Below, piece after piece: positions 1 through 15,227 of a stretch of 64,000 nt of DNA. A model generated the notes under the pieces. It was not told the origin of the DNA and searched no databases. It saw only the letters and a list, made by a program, of their open reading frames with translations. The DNA is from Chrysomallon squamiferum. Taxonomy: Eukaryota; Animalia; Mollusca. Numbering within the stretch: position 1 is the stretch's first letter; the number at the start of each line of letters is the position of its first letter. The position numbers and the translations under genes are program-made. The stretch covers positions 19,096,001-19,160,000 of the forward strand of contig CM022673.1 in NCBI GenBank assembly GCA_012295275.1. The letters run 5' to 3'.

Positions 1-2802
1 AGCAAATTTGTTTTCATCGGGAACTATTGGGATGACAGAGTTGGAGAGCTGTCGACACAGAGGACACCAGTATTCTCCTTTGTTCACAGATAGATTTTCA
101 TTTGGATTGTGGGTCTGAAAATTTGTTATTGATGAAGTTGTGCAAATGAATTCCTTCTCTCAAAATTAATTAATTTATAGTTACAGAAAAACCTTAAGTG
201 CTACATGTAATTAAATAAATGCTAAAGATTCCTAACAGGAAAGTTAAGAGTGAGCTGGTTTCCTGAAAATATTCATTTAGTTATTAGTGTAGAGTGACAT
301 TAAAATTATATTGTCACTTTTGTTTTAAAATCTTTAAAAATTGTTTTTTTTAAATAAACTATTTCTACTTTCCCAGAATATATATTAGGTAAGTATATAT
401 TCAGCATAATTTTATTTTTGTTAACCTTTTATGATGGTTTATTTGTAACTTGATTAAAACAGTTAAAAAGATTAGTAACAGCTAAATTATATTTTGGATA
501 ACTTAAAAAAGTATTAAGGTTTGCATGTTGGCTAACTTTAAGTGATTCAAGATAGGAACTGTGGCAGGTGAGATGGAGATAATGTCCACAGGTCTGTACT
601 ACAACTCCACCTTCCCATCCAATGTTGAGAGACATCTGACAGGAACCCTGAAACAACAGTGTATGCATATTTGTATATTAATAAAACTGACATTCATTAC
701 AGTAGGAGGATAGCTGATTAATAATAAATTGATCAGTGTTGATGGGTTCGTTTGCTTCTGTGTGGTTGTTGTATATGTAGATGTGAGTGTGTTTATTTGT
801 AAATTTTATTTAGTGGTGAGATAATATGTGGGAAGCCTAAGTTTATTATTCTTGTATGTGAAGAAAACAAAAATGTGTTTTTAATGCTATAGTTTCATAT
901 AATGAACACTTAAATAACTAAATACCTCCTCAAAATTTTTAAGTAGAGTCTCTAATTGTTTCTTCTGAAATTTAGCACACTGGGCTCGATGTAATTCCAG
1001 GCCATCCTCTAGAAGAACTGTTGGCTTCTCAGTCAACATTCGGTGTCCTAGGACTGGGAATATTTTTATACATTACAAGTGTATTTATTTATATTTTACA
1101 ATAATAACTTCATCCATTATTACGAGAGCAATATTTACTAAACTCAATAAGATGAAACAGAACATCAATTTTCATTTTTTAACTATGTCATTATGACATC
1201 ACTACAGTAAAAGCTAATTACTGTCATTGGATGCTTTCACCAAAAATTATAAATGGCCATCATAAACTAATTTCAACTAAGTACTATTTTTATTCTTATT
1301 CAATTCATTGCTATTTCTCCAGAAGATAATTAAAGTGATACTTAACCTATTTTTTTAAATTCTTTATAATACAGTCAACTGAAGTGTTAATTTTCATAAG
1401 CAAAATATCTTTTTAAACAATAACAATAAATTAAAACATATTAATAACAATAAAAATAAAAATGAATTGAAAACAGCTATAAAATTTAATATAATGATTG
1501 TATTATACACAATATGCTGTATCAGATTACCACTTGAAGACTGCAGAAAGACAACTAGACCAATTGGACTATCACCAGTGGATGGAGCGCTCTGACCACA
1601 AATAACACAGTCCAATAATTTTTCCTCAGACTTGGATGGTGAAGTTTTTTCATTTGTTTTCTCCTCTGATAAAATATCTTCTGTAAAGAACACAACATTT
1701 GTACTGTCAAAGACTTTCAGATTACTGCACCTTTGGAAAGTATAACCAGATATTTTATTTACAATTATCCAAATATTATTAAATTGCAGATATTATTTAC
1801 ATTTACATATAATTATCAATTATCAACAAAATATATAAGTGTAACAGTAATGACAATATAAAAAGGAAAATATTTTAACAAAAACAACAAATCTGCTGGT
1901 GACACATATCTACCTTCCTCTTCCATTGCTTGTTCCATGAAAGCCTTCTGCTTAGAGGCAAATTCTGCCATCAACTTTTGCTGACGTTCCCAAGCCTTTT
2001 TTCGCCTACAAAGACATTTATACTAACTTTATTTAGAAATTAAAAAGTACTTGAAATTATAGAAAGGATCAAATTTTGTTTATATAAACAAGAGAAAGAC
2101 TAATGTTTAGCTATCTTCTGGTTAAGCGCAACTGTTCCATTAAATTACAAAGAATGACTTTTGTTCATTACTGAAGTAAACAAATAATTGTTTTTTTTAG
2201 AAATTCAGACATTCTTACCTTTCTTCTTGGTTGACAGTCTGCCCAATTTTTTTGTCCTTCTCCTTCTGTTGTCTGGTGGCTGATATTTCAGCAACAACTT
2301 TAGCACACTCAGCACTCTGATAACACAATCTGTCTAAAAATCTTCCAACATAAAAAGGACCATCACCTACACTTTCCTCAAACACTTTTGAGTCACTAAC
2401 TTCACCATGATAAGAGACATAGGAATTGGCTTTTCCAGATAGCTTACTGTGCAGCTTGATCAGCAGGGTTATTATACTTTCATTGATTGGTAAGGGTGTA
2501 GAATGAAACTGTTCTGTAACAACTCCACGACTCTCATACTTTGGCTTCACCTGTGTTGGGCTACTAGGTGGGTGAGATGCAGGTACAGCAAGTGCAAACG
2601 AGGCACCACTCCCTGAAGACCCAGGAAGTGAAATCATTGAAGGGAGGCCTGCCAAATGGCTTGCAGTTATCGGTCCACCATGAGCTACAATATACAGTAT
2701 TGCTCTTGGTTATACTGCTGTAAATAATGCATTTTAAATTAACTGAAAAATAACAACTTTATATGGTCAAAGCAAATATATAAATAATAACTTTCAATTA
2801 CA

Positions 2803-2840
<38 letters not shown>

Positions 2841-5800
2841 CAACAAAATGTAAGATTGCCTTTCATATTTCTAAAATAATGAAATAAGAAAAATATAATC
2901 AACTTATCATTACTTATAATCAACTTATCATTTATAATCATAAAAAAATGTATTAACTGAACTTACAAGACCCAGTACTTGGTGCAAGCTGGAACATTTC
3001 TTCAAGTGAGCTGATATCCATGTCCACATTTACAGTACAGCTGTCTACTTCTTCTGTCTCAGTAACAGGATTCTGGACTACAATTTCATCAACAGTCTCT
3101 CTTGCATTCTGTTTAATATCAGATGAAGAAAACCATCTATGGAACTGTCCATCATTTACTGTTCCTTGGCTGTGAACCTGCAACAATTAGATTTGGTTGT
3201 TATACTAGTAAGGTAAATGCAACAGAATAGTTATATAACTTTTTAAACATTCCAAAATAGATAATTTTTTACTCTTTTCTAAACATAAAATTTCAAATTT
3301 ATTAGCTGAAAAGAGATCTATATATATATTTTATAAATATATCTCTGTGATTATTCCATTCAAACCTATTTATAAACTATTTTAAATTAAAAGTAAGTAA
3401 TCTTCTAGTCAAAAATGTTGTGCTTAATACCCTCTTTGTGGAGTGGCTTGGACTGAAATGGAGGCACAGATCCAGGAGATGAATGGTGTAATACAGGATA
3501 CTGTCAGGCAAATTCTGTTCCTTATGCACTGCCTAAACAAAACAAAAATAGTTTAATTTGAATCAAAAATAGATTTAAAACAATAAATAAAACTTTAAAT
3601 AATCAGGGGATTAAAACATATTCATAAAATAGAATATATATTTAAAAAAAAAAAGAATTCCAAGAAGAAAAAACAAGAAAACACACTAAAGATACCTACA
3701 AAACAAAAAAGGAACCAACCAAATGTTTAAGAAAAGGAAAAGAAGATTTTCCTTGAAAAAAAAAATGAAATGTCATTTGCCATTTGACATAATAAATATA
3801 ACCAAAAACTTCAACTGATAAATTTAGCTTTCAGAAATATGCACATACCTTGTAGAGAATGGTGAACAGAAATGCTTGCATTGTACGACAGTTAAGGATT
3901 TTGTACAGGCCTTTATATGATGAATTGATATGACCAGGGATTTTGAATGGGGGCCATGGAGAGGTCTTCTTTTGGTATTTTCCACTCTGACGAACACTGG
4001 AAGAAAGAAACAAAATGTTTGATTCTTTAAGTACAAACAACTTCAAAACATTCTAGCTTATTTCAGAAATTTACATAAAACAAACATGGAATAATTAGAT
4101 AAAAAATATTCCACACAATGGATATTAAACTCTTAATAAATCCTGTAGCCCAAAATAATCATATTTTGAAAACAACCTCAATAAGAAATGAAAAGAAGGA
4201 GGAACATAGAAACTTTTTGTAATCAGCACTGTAAAATAAACATTTTAAACTACTTACTATTCAGTGTATCTGTCAAGTGCGGCTTGCTGATCTCGTTTGT
4301 AAATAGCTCTCAGGGATACATGAATGGGATCATACTCTGTCTCCCATAGGAAAGCTGAGATGAAATGATTTTTAGTACACATAAACTGGTTCAGGTATCA
4401 GGTATTTGTTGTTTTTTTCTCAGAAAATATTACTTAGTTTAAAATGTTATAAAGTGAAGTAAAATATTCTTACAAAAAAAAAAACATTTGTGTTTGGGTT
4501 TTTTTGGTTATTTCTAATTTATGATTAGGAAACTAATATAAATCAATTAAATAAAAACATATATACAAAAGTTGACTTCAAGACTATTAATTCTGAATTT
4601 ACTTATTTCACACATACCTTTAGGAACATACGTTCCTTGCTGCATTCCTCCACCTGCTTCAAAAACTGGAGCTTTATAATCAGCAAGCTATCAAAAAAAT
4701 AAAAAAAAAAATTAAATAAAATAAAAAAACAACAACAACATAATAATAATAATAAATTAAAATATCTGAATTTATGTAAGAGAATAAAATTGTGTTACAA
4801 TGTTTTATTAACTTTTTCCAGAAGTCTTAATTTTTGAAATTCACATAAAAAGGAGGACAAATAACTTAATTTAATACTGCTGACATCACATCACCTCTTT
4901 CAGAGTTGGTTCAAAATATTCTTTGCCATGGCCAGAGACACCAGACTTCTCTGGCATTAGATCCTGTAACTGACTGTGTTGTCTGTCCCCCATACACAGG
5001 AGTGAGGCCATTTCAAGACGCACAAGCTCTTTGTCATCAATACCTAAAATAATGACAAAAATATCATTTATTATCAGATCAAAACTTACATTAATATTCA
5101 GAAAATATTAGCAAAATACTACACTGAAACAAGTTGAAATAATTTATTTATTTAACTGAATTATTAAAAATAGCACTTTAAAAATAGAGGTTTTCATCAA
5201 TATATATGTAATTTATTTTCTTTAGTGTTTTATTATAATTTTTAGTGTTCTAACACATGACAGTATTACATAATAATATAACATAATACTGTAAATTTAA
5301 TCTGAATACTCTTTTAAAAATTTGGCTTTAAAAAATAAATTACTTTAAAAAGATGATGTTAACTTAAAATAATATATATCATAGAGAATTAACAATATAA
5401 GAAAATTTACCAAGATATGTTCTGATTCCTAGAAGTGTGGAGAGCAGAGATAAAGCACCTTCTAGCATGGCAGTTTCATGTGATGGTTCCAGATGAATGC
5501 TCAGATGAGAAGGTTTGCTGGAGAAGGACAGCCAGTTCAGTAGGTGGAACCTATAAGTTTCATAAATTAATAATGCATTTCTTTTCATGAGTTATAATTA
5601 GACATGCAAAGATTGGCTTTTTTATCTTTTCTTTATTTAAATTATAACTTTCACTTACATATAAAATGGCTACTTTCTATGTTAATGACTTTTGCCTCTT
5701 CGTCTATTAAATGGTCATAGAGACAAGTTAACATTTTGTTACTACCATACCTTTCTAATATTGTTTTGACAAAGTAATCTGGATCCAGCTGAGAACCACA

Positions 5801-8800
5801 CACCTAAAACAAACCATTAAACAAAAATATTATTGTTACATCGTCTACTTCAAACTACATAAATACAAAAATTAACTATTTTAAAGAAAAACAAAATTAG
5901 TCAGGCAAAGATACCATTGAACCTTGTTTGGAGTCTTAAGATTTTTTTTAGTGTTGATAATTGATATTTAGGGTCTACATATGCTGAAACTGCCAGGTGA
6001 CATCTGACCATTGAGTAATTTGTGTTAGGAAGCTAAATCCAAGAAGACTGTCACTGAATTTATTTTACTCATATCTTCATAACTATATTAGATAAAAACA
6101 TGAACAACATATTATTTTATGTTTTCTGGCATGAAGAATCTAATAAAACATAAAGCTATCAAGATGGTAACCATAAAACGATGAAGATGTGCTCTATTAA
6201 GTCAAATTAAACTCATTTTAGCCTTTTAAGAAACTATATATGTTATCATGTTAGGTACAGACTAATAACTAATAGATAAATATGAAATAATTAATTTCTG
6301 AAGGATATTTTATTTACTGCTGGTTCAATAGCTCGAAATGTGTGCATGCTGTTATATATAAAATCTATTTGGGTTGATTTGGAATTAGACTGACTGTCAT
6401 AGATCCAACAACCAGTTCTGGTCTCTCATGACACAACTTAAGGATGTTTAATGATGCACGTTTTGTGCTTTCTTTGAATGGCTGGCTGACTGGTGGCAGA
6501 AAGCATAATCATTTTGTTGATATATACTGCCCAAGTTCTGAGCTGTGTACATTGGATCATGCATTCAATTCTTTATGACAGAAAACATATAAAGCCACCT
6601 TTAAAACATGTTTCTCTCTTATATATAATCCTAATAAATGTTCTCAGATTTGGTGGCAGCCATCATGGATGCATACATTCTTAAAGTAACTGAAATAGCA
6701 ATAAATACAAAACAGTTCAACAATTAATTATTTATTATTTACTATTAGTTATTAGTATATACTTAACATGATAAAATATATAACAAAATTTTATATGCCA
6801 AAACGATGTTTAAGCAGAAATATGGCCTTTGTCTGCCAGATTAAATTGGACTGTGGTTATTTATTTGATTTGAAGAGATCATGAAAACTAAATATTTAAA
6901 TGGTTTAATCTGTTGGACATGTTTTACCTGTAGGAGGTACAAATCAGCATCAGCCATTGAGTAACAGAAATGACACTGTACGTAAGTCATGGCTTGGCCT
7001 TTAATTTGAATTCCATTTCTAACCCACATGCCAGCATATATCTGGGCCAATGCCACCTAAAAATAATAAACTGATGCTGTATTTATATTTAAATATTAAT
7101 ATCAAATTTTATATAATCAGGATATTTGATTTGGAACTTATTACATATTTCTTTTTGTACCTCAATTCCATAAAAATAAATATAAATGTTGTCTTCTAAA
7201 GAAAGTCTAACATTTGAAATATATTATTTACTGATTTGGAAATATTATTTATGCTTTAGTACCAATATCAAAACATTTCATATTATAATAAATGAAAATA
7301 TGAAAAATCATAATCTAAGCATTGGCCATAACATACAGAAAAAAGCATACCTGTATTTGAAGAACATGAATCATTATTTTCTTCAATGCAACATCTTCAG
7401 GTAAAATATCTGTCAGTTTGATGTTTAAACTCTTTACAGCAGTCATCATAAATGCTGCCAGGTAGCGATGCAATGGTAGATGGAATGTTAACTGGTATGG
7501 GTTTGGCTACAATGATAAATAATGAAATTGAAAAAGAGGGGGAAAACATTTTTACTAACATGATATATTTTAACATTAATGATCAATTCAAAGCTATGGT
7601 CAATAAATATGTAAAATTGTTTTAAAATGCAAAATACTAATATTTTCACTGATAAAATGAAAACAGTCAAATGCAAACATTTGTAACATAAATACTTCTG
7701 GTTTTTTTTTTACTTTCTCTCAAATGTAATTCAAAACTTTTTGACTGGAATGAAAATGACACAAATATTTATAAATAAACAAAATACAGTATATAAAAAT
7801 GAGATAATATTACAAACAAAACAGAATAATTTATTAGGAAATAATTTAATATATAATTAAAATATATAATCACTACATTTACCTTCATGTTGTTTTTACA
7901 GTTAATGGCTGTGAACCAGTCCTGCAGAGCAATTTGTGCTGCTGCTATCATTCTCAAAATATGAAATGAATTTTCCTACAAAAAGAACAGTAAACAATAC
8001 CTTCATACATATTTATACCTTGTAAGATATTATTTAACATTTTAAAACTGTTTACATATTTTGAAATAAAATGTTCAACCAGAATTTAAATATCAAAAGA
8101 ATAAAAGATAGCAAAATTGTAAAGAATTGCAAAAACGTCAATTAAAATATATGATAGGTTTTTTAACAGAAATCTTAGCTACATATATGTGTTTAATAAT
8201 CATATTTAGTTATTTATTATTGATAATATTCATGTGTACCTGTCCACTGCAGTGGCTAAGCAGTGACCACATGGGAGAAGCAGAGATTTCAAGTTCTGCT
8301 GAAAATGCAGCGTAATATGTATCTGACTCAAATTCAACATGCTGGGTCAGTACTCGCTGGTTTAAATTCATTCCTGAAAAAAAAAAAATACATTATTCTG
8401 TTTTTAAAATATCTCTCAGTAACTTTAAAAACAAAATATTTTATAGAAATGAAACTAATTAAAAATAAATGGTTTTTAAATTATACCAAATACAGCCAAA
8501 AATGTAAAACAATTTCCATATTTTCAAAACTTCCTACTAGTTAGAACTATCTTGTCCCATGAAGCATTATTAACAAACTTTTCATTAGTAGAAAACAGAT
8601 TTTAATCAACCTGTTGAAAAAAAACATCTGAAAAATATCCTACTGTGTGAAATACAATTTATTTATTTTCTTACCCTGTAAGTAGGCTAAAAGATCCATC
8701 CAACGAGTTACAAGCTCTTCATCTTTAAGGAATCTGAGTGCAATATTACGATGAGACAGCATATTGATAAAGTCACTGATGATTGGCCAATAGCAGTGAG

Positions 8801-11800
8801 ATTTCATCACCTCATGACTACAATCAGCAACTGAGTGGAAATTACTTACTTGCATAGGATCTGTTTCTTAAAACAAATTTGAAAAATAAAATAAAAGAAC
8901 AGAATAATATTAATAATCATATTATTACATTTAATAAATATACATTGTAATGCAAATTACATAAAACAATGACATTTAGTTATGTCATACTTGCATTAAC
9001 ATAATTCAAATAAAGTGTTAATTTCTTTAAAATGTTGTTATTCATCATTATTACTAGACTGTTTATCTCATTAAAACACTACAAAAAAACAAAAAACAGA
9101 TTAGGATTCTACATTAACCAGTATTATGCAGGAACTGAATATACTATGTGCACATCAGACACAGGAACAGAGTTAAAATAGTTTTTGATAGTGGGGTAGT
9201 TTCTGGAATTCTCCACATTTTATATGATGTAATATGCACATTTTATTTCTACTGTCCAATACAAAGAGATGTGAGAACTCATTTGTATATTATTGGTATT
9301 ACATGATCCAATTGTGTGGCATATTTCTAAATTTAGAAAGAAAATGAAATTTAATCAGAGTAGCGAGGGTTAAAAAGATATTAATGATATACCTTCAAGT
9401 GCACTCCCAACTCGTATGTTTTCTATCATATTGGTGAGACTTAGCACTAAAGTATAGAGCAGATTGTATTCATCTGCCATCTTGGTAGCTAAAGCTTCAT
9501 TGCTAAACAGCTGGACACTGATGTGAACAACCCGATTGGCAACAGTCACTCTATCAAGAGCGTTAACAAGCACAATAGAAATCCGGCTGTAGTGTTCAAC
9601 GAAGGCCTTAGTGAAACAATGCTAATTTGAACAAAAAAAAAAAAAAAATATACATATTTTTAACAAGTTATTCTATTAATAATTAAACAAATACAAATTC
9701 AGAGATATCTTAGAGAAAAAGAAAGAAAATAGAGCATCAGAGATTCTGAAATAAAGTCTTAAGCAGAAAAATGTATCAAATGTTTCAAATGTTTCTTTTA
9801 CATATATCAAATGGCTGACCAATTATATCTTGAAATGAATAAGAAAAACAATTGAATACAGTTCTAAAACAACTATAAACAAAACAACTTATTGTGAAGA
9901 GTGCAGAGACTGAGAAATAACAACAATGTTCAGACTTAAAAAATCACCTTATAGCCTTCATGTGGTAGAAGACTTAACAGCAAAGTAACCATTTTCTGTG
10001 GGAACTCATATTTGACTGTCCAGAAAACAAGCTCCTCAACCAGAGTGCTGTGGCACAGCTTTTGCTGTAAACCAGGTTTATCTACCAGCGTAAAAGAAAC
10101 CATATAGCTCAGTATAATATTTCATGGAATTTATCACAGATCATCTATAAACTTTAATAAAATCTTCTGGTGGTAATCTTTCCTCTATTTTGTTTCCTTT
10201 CTGATTAACTAATATTACCTATCACAGCACAAAGTTCTGGCACTGTTTATCAGAATTACAAATATTTAAATAAATTAATTTTTAAAAAAGTAATAATTTA
10301 AAAATAATTTTGGGATTACCACTTTGTATTGAAAAAAGACCTGAATACAAACAGTGATATTTAGAAACAATTCAGTCAGTCATTATTCACTGAGAATTAC
10401 TGAAAATAATAGTAATTATTAATACAGATGTAAATTCACCTTGATGTTTTTCAAAATTGTCTGGATAGGGCATACTCTCAAGTGCAGAAATGTAATTTTC
10501 TTGACTTGTTTTGGCGTAATCTCCAGCTTTTTCTACAAAACATAAATGATATTAATTTTAAAATATCAATACCAAAATAACGATATAAAGTCTTTAATCT
10601 CTCTGAAGTTAGCAACTAAAATAAATGAATAAATAAATAGTCCAAAAAAATACTACAACAAACAAATAAGACCTCATCCACCAAAAAAATCTTATCACTG
10701 CTTTGAAAATCTGACCACATTAAAACAGAAAAGAATATATATATAACCCTCTAAATTTCAATACTTTTTGCTTATTGTTTTTTGACCAGTACAAAAGTAA
10801 TTACTAAAACTGAATAACAAAGGTCTGTAACAGATATGTACCTTGTGTTAATTTTTTGTATGTGTTTGGATTAGTGAGTACAGTGGCCATCACATTTCTC
10901 ATAGCTGCACCCATGTCACTAAGTCCTTGGGTGAAGCCCATGTATTGTTCAGCATCCATCATTGTCACAACATATGAATTGCGCATTTCTGAAAATGACA
11001 TTGAAAGTTTTCAGTGGGTCAAGAATGATAATAGTTTAAACATCAAAGCAATATTGTATTAAATGATCATAGGAACTGCAGGATGCTGACATCTTAAACA
11101 TTTTGAATTTAACTATAACTGTCATGTATCAATCATATATTATCAATGATGAAAACATAAAGAAAAAATATTGTCACAGCCATGCAACTTTTTAATGTGC
11201 CTTCCCTTCAGCATGAATTATGGAGCCTTATAAAAATAACTAGGTGATTGTACCAAGAAAGATTAATCTATAATCTATCTGGTGTTAAGTTTGTTGTTTG
11301 TTGTGTTGTTGTTTTTTGGTCTCTTAGTATTTCTGTAAGTTTTCACACAGAAATTTAAAAATAAAATAAACTGATATATTAACACATACAGTAACAATAA
11401 AATAATTTACATATTCTTTATTATCATCAGCATCAGCTGAGAATTACTGATGTGTTAGAATTTCTTATATTTCTACATAAAAATACACCCAAATCTGGAA
11501 AATATCTTTTGACATGCTACTTTAACAAACAAATAAAATAGTGACATGAAAGAATACTTTCTATTCTCAAGAATGACGTTCAAAGAAATTAACAGAAACA
11601 ATATTGCCTGTAAAGCACTAGGTGTCTTCAGTTATTCCTTTCAGTAAATACAATATATATTCAGTGGAATTAAACATGTGCATTAAAGGAGCTATGAATT
11701 ATCACCTGTAGCAGAGAAGTCCAGTGTGTGGTGTTATTAAGTAATATTTATTACTCTAAATTGAGAGTTATAATACAATGTAAATCACTATTTACCTGGT

Positions 11801-14052
11801 TTGCAATTATCTCTCAGGTGATAAAGCAATCGCAGAAAGATCTGAGGCATCATAGCCTCTGCATTTGCCATTATATCACCAGGAGGGTGGACTGCTTGAT
11901 GTTGTCTGTCAGGTCCATGGCGGGAACAGAATCTAGAATGCATCCAAAACAAAATGTTTTAAGTCACAATACATATAGTACCAAACAATATGTTTAAAAA
12001 ATATAATAAAATTAAAAGATATTGAATTTACAATTTCATTTAATAAAAAAGGATTCTGATTTTGTTAATTGACATGTGTTAACTGACATACTGAAACAGT
12101 CTTCCCAAATTTAAAAGAATATATTCTTTAAATCTTGAGAGAAATAAAAAAAATGATTGCATTGATCAATACAAATACACAATATTATATCTATACACAA
12201 TTAAAACAATCCAATTTACTTTTCCTCCTCTTTATTGTGCATACCATTTCAAGCACTTTACAATTTCATTGTTTCTGGAGAATTGTTTCATTTTTGTTTT
12301 TTGTTTTTTTTTAATCAAACCATTTGCCAGTATTTCCATTATATTATGTTGATATTTCACAAAGTTAAATTTACTGTCTTACCATCTTTGCAAATGTTAT
12401 TATGTTTCACTGTACAGAATAAACTGTGAACAGAAAAGGAATATACAAAAAGGAATATACAATCCAGTATTATGTATGCATATATAAATATATTTATACA
12501 GTAATTCCAGATGTAAGTCACAAAATAGTACTTTACAATCACTGAAAGTCCTATAAATTGTAATTCTGACAGAAAGACAGCCACATTATGTCAATTTAAA
12601 TAATGAGTAGTCTGTAAACTGTCCCTGTGTTCAATTCATAATCAGTATTGTTACCCTATTCTAAAAAATAAATTTCTGAGTTAAAGTCTAAGTATTAACA
12701 TAAAAGTTTGTTTCAATTGTTCGTGACAGATTTCAGTTAAAAAATCGTAAATTCAAACAGATAAAACAAGAAGAGTTGGAGCAAAATTTAATGAGAATCA
12801 TTTGGAATTTGTTTTGAAATGAAGGATATAGCTAAACAAATCCAAACTGAAAGTAAAAAATTTCAGATAATTCAAAACCCATAAATTTCAAATTTCTATC
12901 TTAAATATTTTTTAATTCAGGCAAATAAATAATATCAAATGTATTACTTTACAATATTAATTTATTATGATAATAATGGCAAGCACTGGAATTACAAACA
13001 AAAACTAGTTTTCTGTTATTTACTTATTTATAACTCATTTTAGATATGTTCAAAATATTAAGAGATAAAATATTTATATTTCTTACCCTGAGGAATTCAT
13101 GACACTGACATCACCACAGTCACATGCACCTCCAGCCTGACTCCTGAACATGTTGAAATCATGACCTTCATGATTTCCAGCTTGGAAGCAGTCTGAACAT
13201 AAAGACATGCAAGGAGAAACTCCACATGTTCTACAGCGATATGCAACAAAGTTTGCTGTCCACACCAGTCCACAGGTAACAGCATTGTCATACTGTCGTA
13301 CTAAACATAGAATAGCAATATTAAGCATTCACTATTGCATTAAAAACATTTATCCATCCATATTCACTTTATTATGTCAAACAGTTATAACATACAAATA
13401 TTCATAACGTGTGTGAGTCTGTTGTGTGTGTTCTTGTGTGTGTGTGTGTGTGTGCACTGTGTATGTTAGAACATAATTTCTTTTTCTGCAGAGGAGTTGG
13501 CTAAATTAGCAGGGATCATAATTCTTTTGCTATCATAGACTGTGCCATAACTGTAACTTGTAAGTGACAAAAGTGTAGTTTTTGAAATGAGAGTACTTTA
13601 AATGTAATGTAAAGCCATAACATACATACACACACAAATCTGACAAAACAATTATTGTTGTAATATTTTAAGATAAAAATTATGATATTTAGTGTAACAC
13701 ACACACACACACACACATATACATACAATGATACTGTGTATACTAGGCTTACAAGTTACACAGTAAGATGAGTAACTTTCAAATAGATAATCATAAAAAT
13801 AAATGTTTATCAAAACAAACCTATTTTTGAAAATTCATCAAATGTTGAGCCTCCTGCTATTAACCATTTGCACCAATCTATCGTTTCAAATTCGTCGATA
13901 GGTCTTGAAGGACTCAAGATGTGTTCAAGGAAATCGTGCAGCTTCTGTGGGTTACACTGTTTACTACATTCGCCTTTAAAATGCGTTGCCACGCTTCTTT
14001 TACTTCGTTTCGAAAGAGCCACAGAACCTGATGGCATTTCAGACGATGCCAT
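1..14052 (-). CDS. UBR3: E3 ubiquitin-protein ligase UBR3 (UBR-box and RING-H2), multi-exon, 3' end beyond the window
   Basis: Frame-consistent GT-AG exons on the minus strand: 14052-13821, 13300-13087, 11932-11796, 10988-10842, 10532-10440, 10081-9948, 9621-9393, 8860-8675, 8373-8240, 7975-7883, 7506-7351, 7056-6928, 5803-5751, 5550-5411, 5043-4895, 4687-4618, 4354-4258, 3996-3849, 3532-3431, 3177-2967, 2684-2219, 2005-1914, 1680-1531, 1053-926, 647-537, 114-<1. UBR box [54 protein letters not shown]3-type motifs [26 protein letters not shown] and [23 protein letters not shown]. Split RING-H2: CVICGQ...CGHYLHLTC...[13 protein letters not shown]. Confidence 0.95.
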
Positions 14053-14344
14053 GGCAGAATTCAAACGCAGTAGAACTAATTATAAAATACTGTAACATAT
14101 GCAGGTGCAATATTTTTCATAACTGATAAATCAGGTGTTTTGTTTATCTATATTACGTCATGGTTTATACATTTTTTGCTAACTTTACACATCTGTCATT
14201 CACAACAAAACAAATGTAATCAAAACACGAATAGTACTGGACAAAATAAAGTGTAACTTGACCTATCTAGTAAAACTAAGTAAGGGGAATAACTTAATAT
14301 GTAAAATGTATTTATTATGCACCAGAATACGTAGGTTGCTACGT

Positions 14345-14435
14345 TTACCGTTTAAGACGACATTTACTTTTGACACTGGGAAAAATACCAATCGAAATCC
14401 GGAAGACGCACATGCCAACTTCCGCCTTAAAATCG
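14345..14435. promoter_or_regulatory. Putative bidirectional promoter shared by UBR3 and the cytochrome b561 gene
   Basis: Locally CpG-richer patch between divergent genes, with CCAAT (14388-14392), ETS-type CCGGAAG (14399-14405) and an opposite-strand ETS site ACTTCCG (14418-14424). A minus-strand donor (cg|gtaaac, about 14348) and acceptor (ttacag, 14091) imply a UBR3 5'-UTR intron. A plus-strand acceptor (atgcag, 15210) lies just before the b561 ATG. Confidence 0.55.
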
Positions 14436-15227
14436 TATAAGTCTCCAAGGAAGAACAATATTTTAATTTGAACGGTTAGTTTGTCATTTAATAAAATCAA
14501 AACTTTTTTGTTTATAGCATTGCCACATATAGTAGACTATACGTATTTAGTTGATACATAATTGTTTATAATTCCTCCGATAGCATTGTGACAACAGTAG
14601 TCCGTATGGCCGGTTGCATTAATTATAACTATTCAGTATAATGAGTATAATCAGTATTCTGGATATTGAATATATTCTCTGTACTATACATAATACAGTA
14701 TACTGTTATAATTTTATTATAATTTCTAGACTGTTATTATACACTATAATCTATAAATAATAATTGACAAAACTTATGCAAGCTTTTGTCATCTAATTGT
14801 AATTAATACGTGCCATATGGACTAAGTTTTTAATAAAAGATAACGCACGTTTTGTGAAAGAAACTTTGAACATACATTATAAATATATTAAAATTACTTG
14901 ATACTTGTTCGAATAGATAATGTATTAATTATTTAACTTCTAATTCAAATGACAGTATTACACATAATACAGTAAAATGAGTAATATTAAATATATAAAA
15001 CATAAACAAATTTAGCATTAATAATATATTGCAATAAATTATTTATAATTCATTGCCATATTAATCATTGACAGATATAAAATGTATTAAATGCTAATGA
15101 ATAATTTTGTATCCTCTATAAAAATGGTATTTTATTTTGACATTTTATGAATTCTTAATAAAGATATTTATACATGCTAATTATTTGATATTGCATATCT
15201 TAATATGCAGTTTTCACTGGATGAAAG

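Noticed and set aside
5804-6927. Possible intronic snoRNA in the larger UBR3 introns
   Set aside because: No convincing C/D or H/ACA box arrangement with a terminal stem was seen on the host strand.
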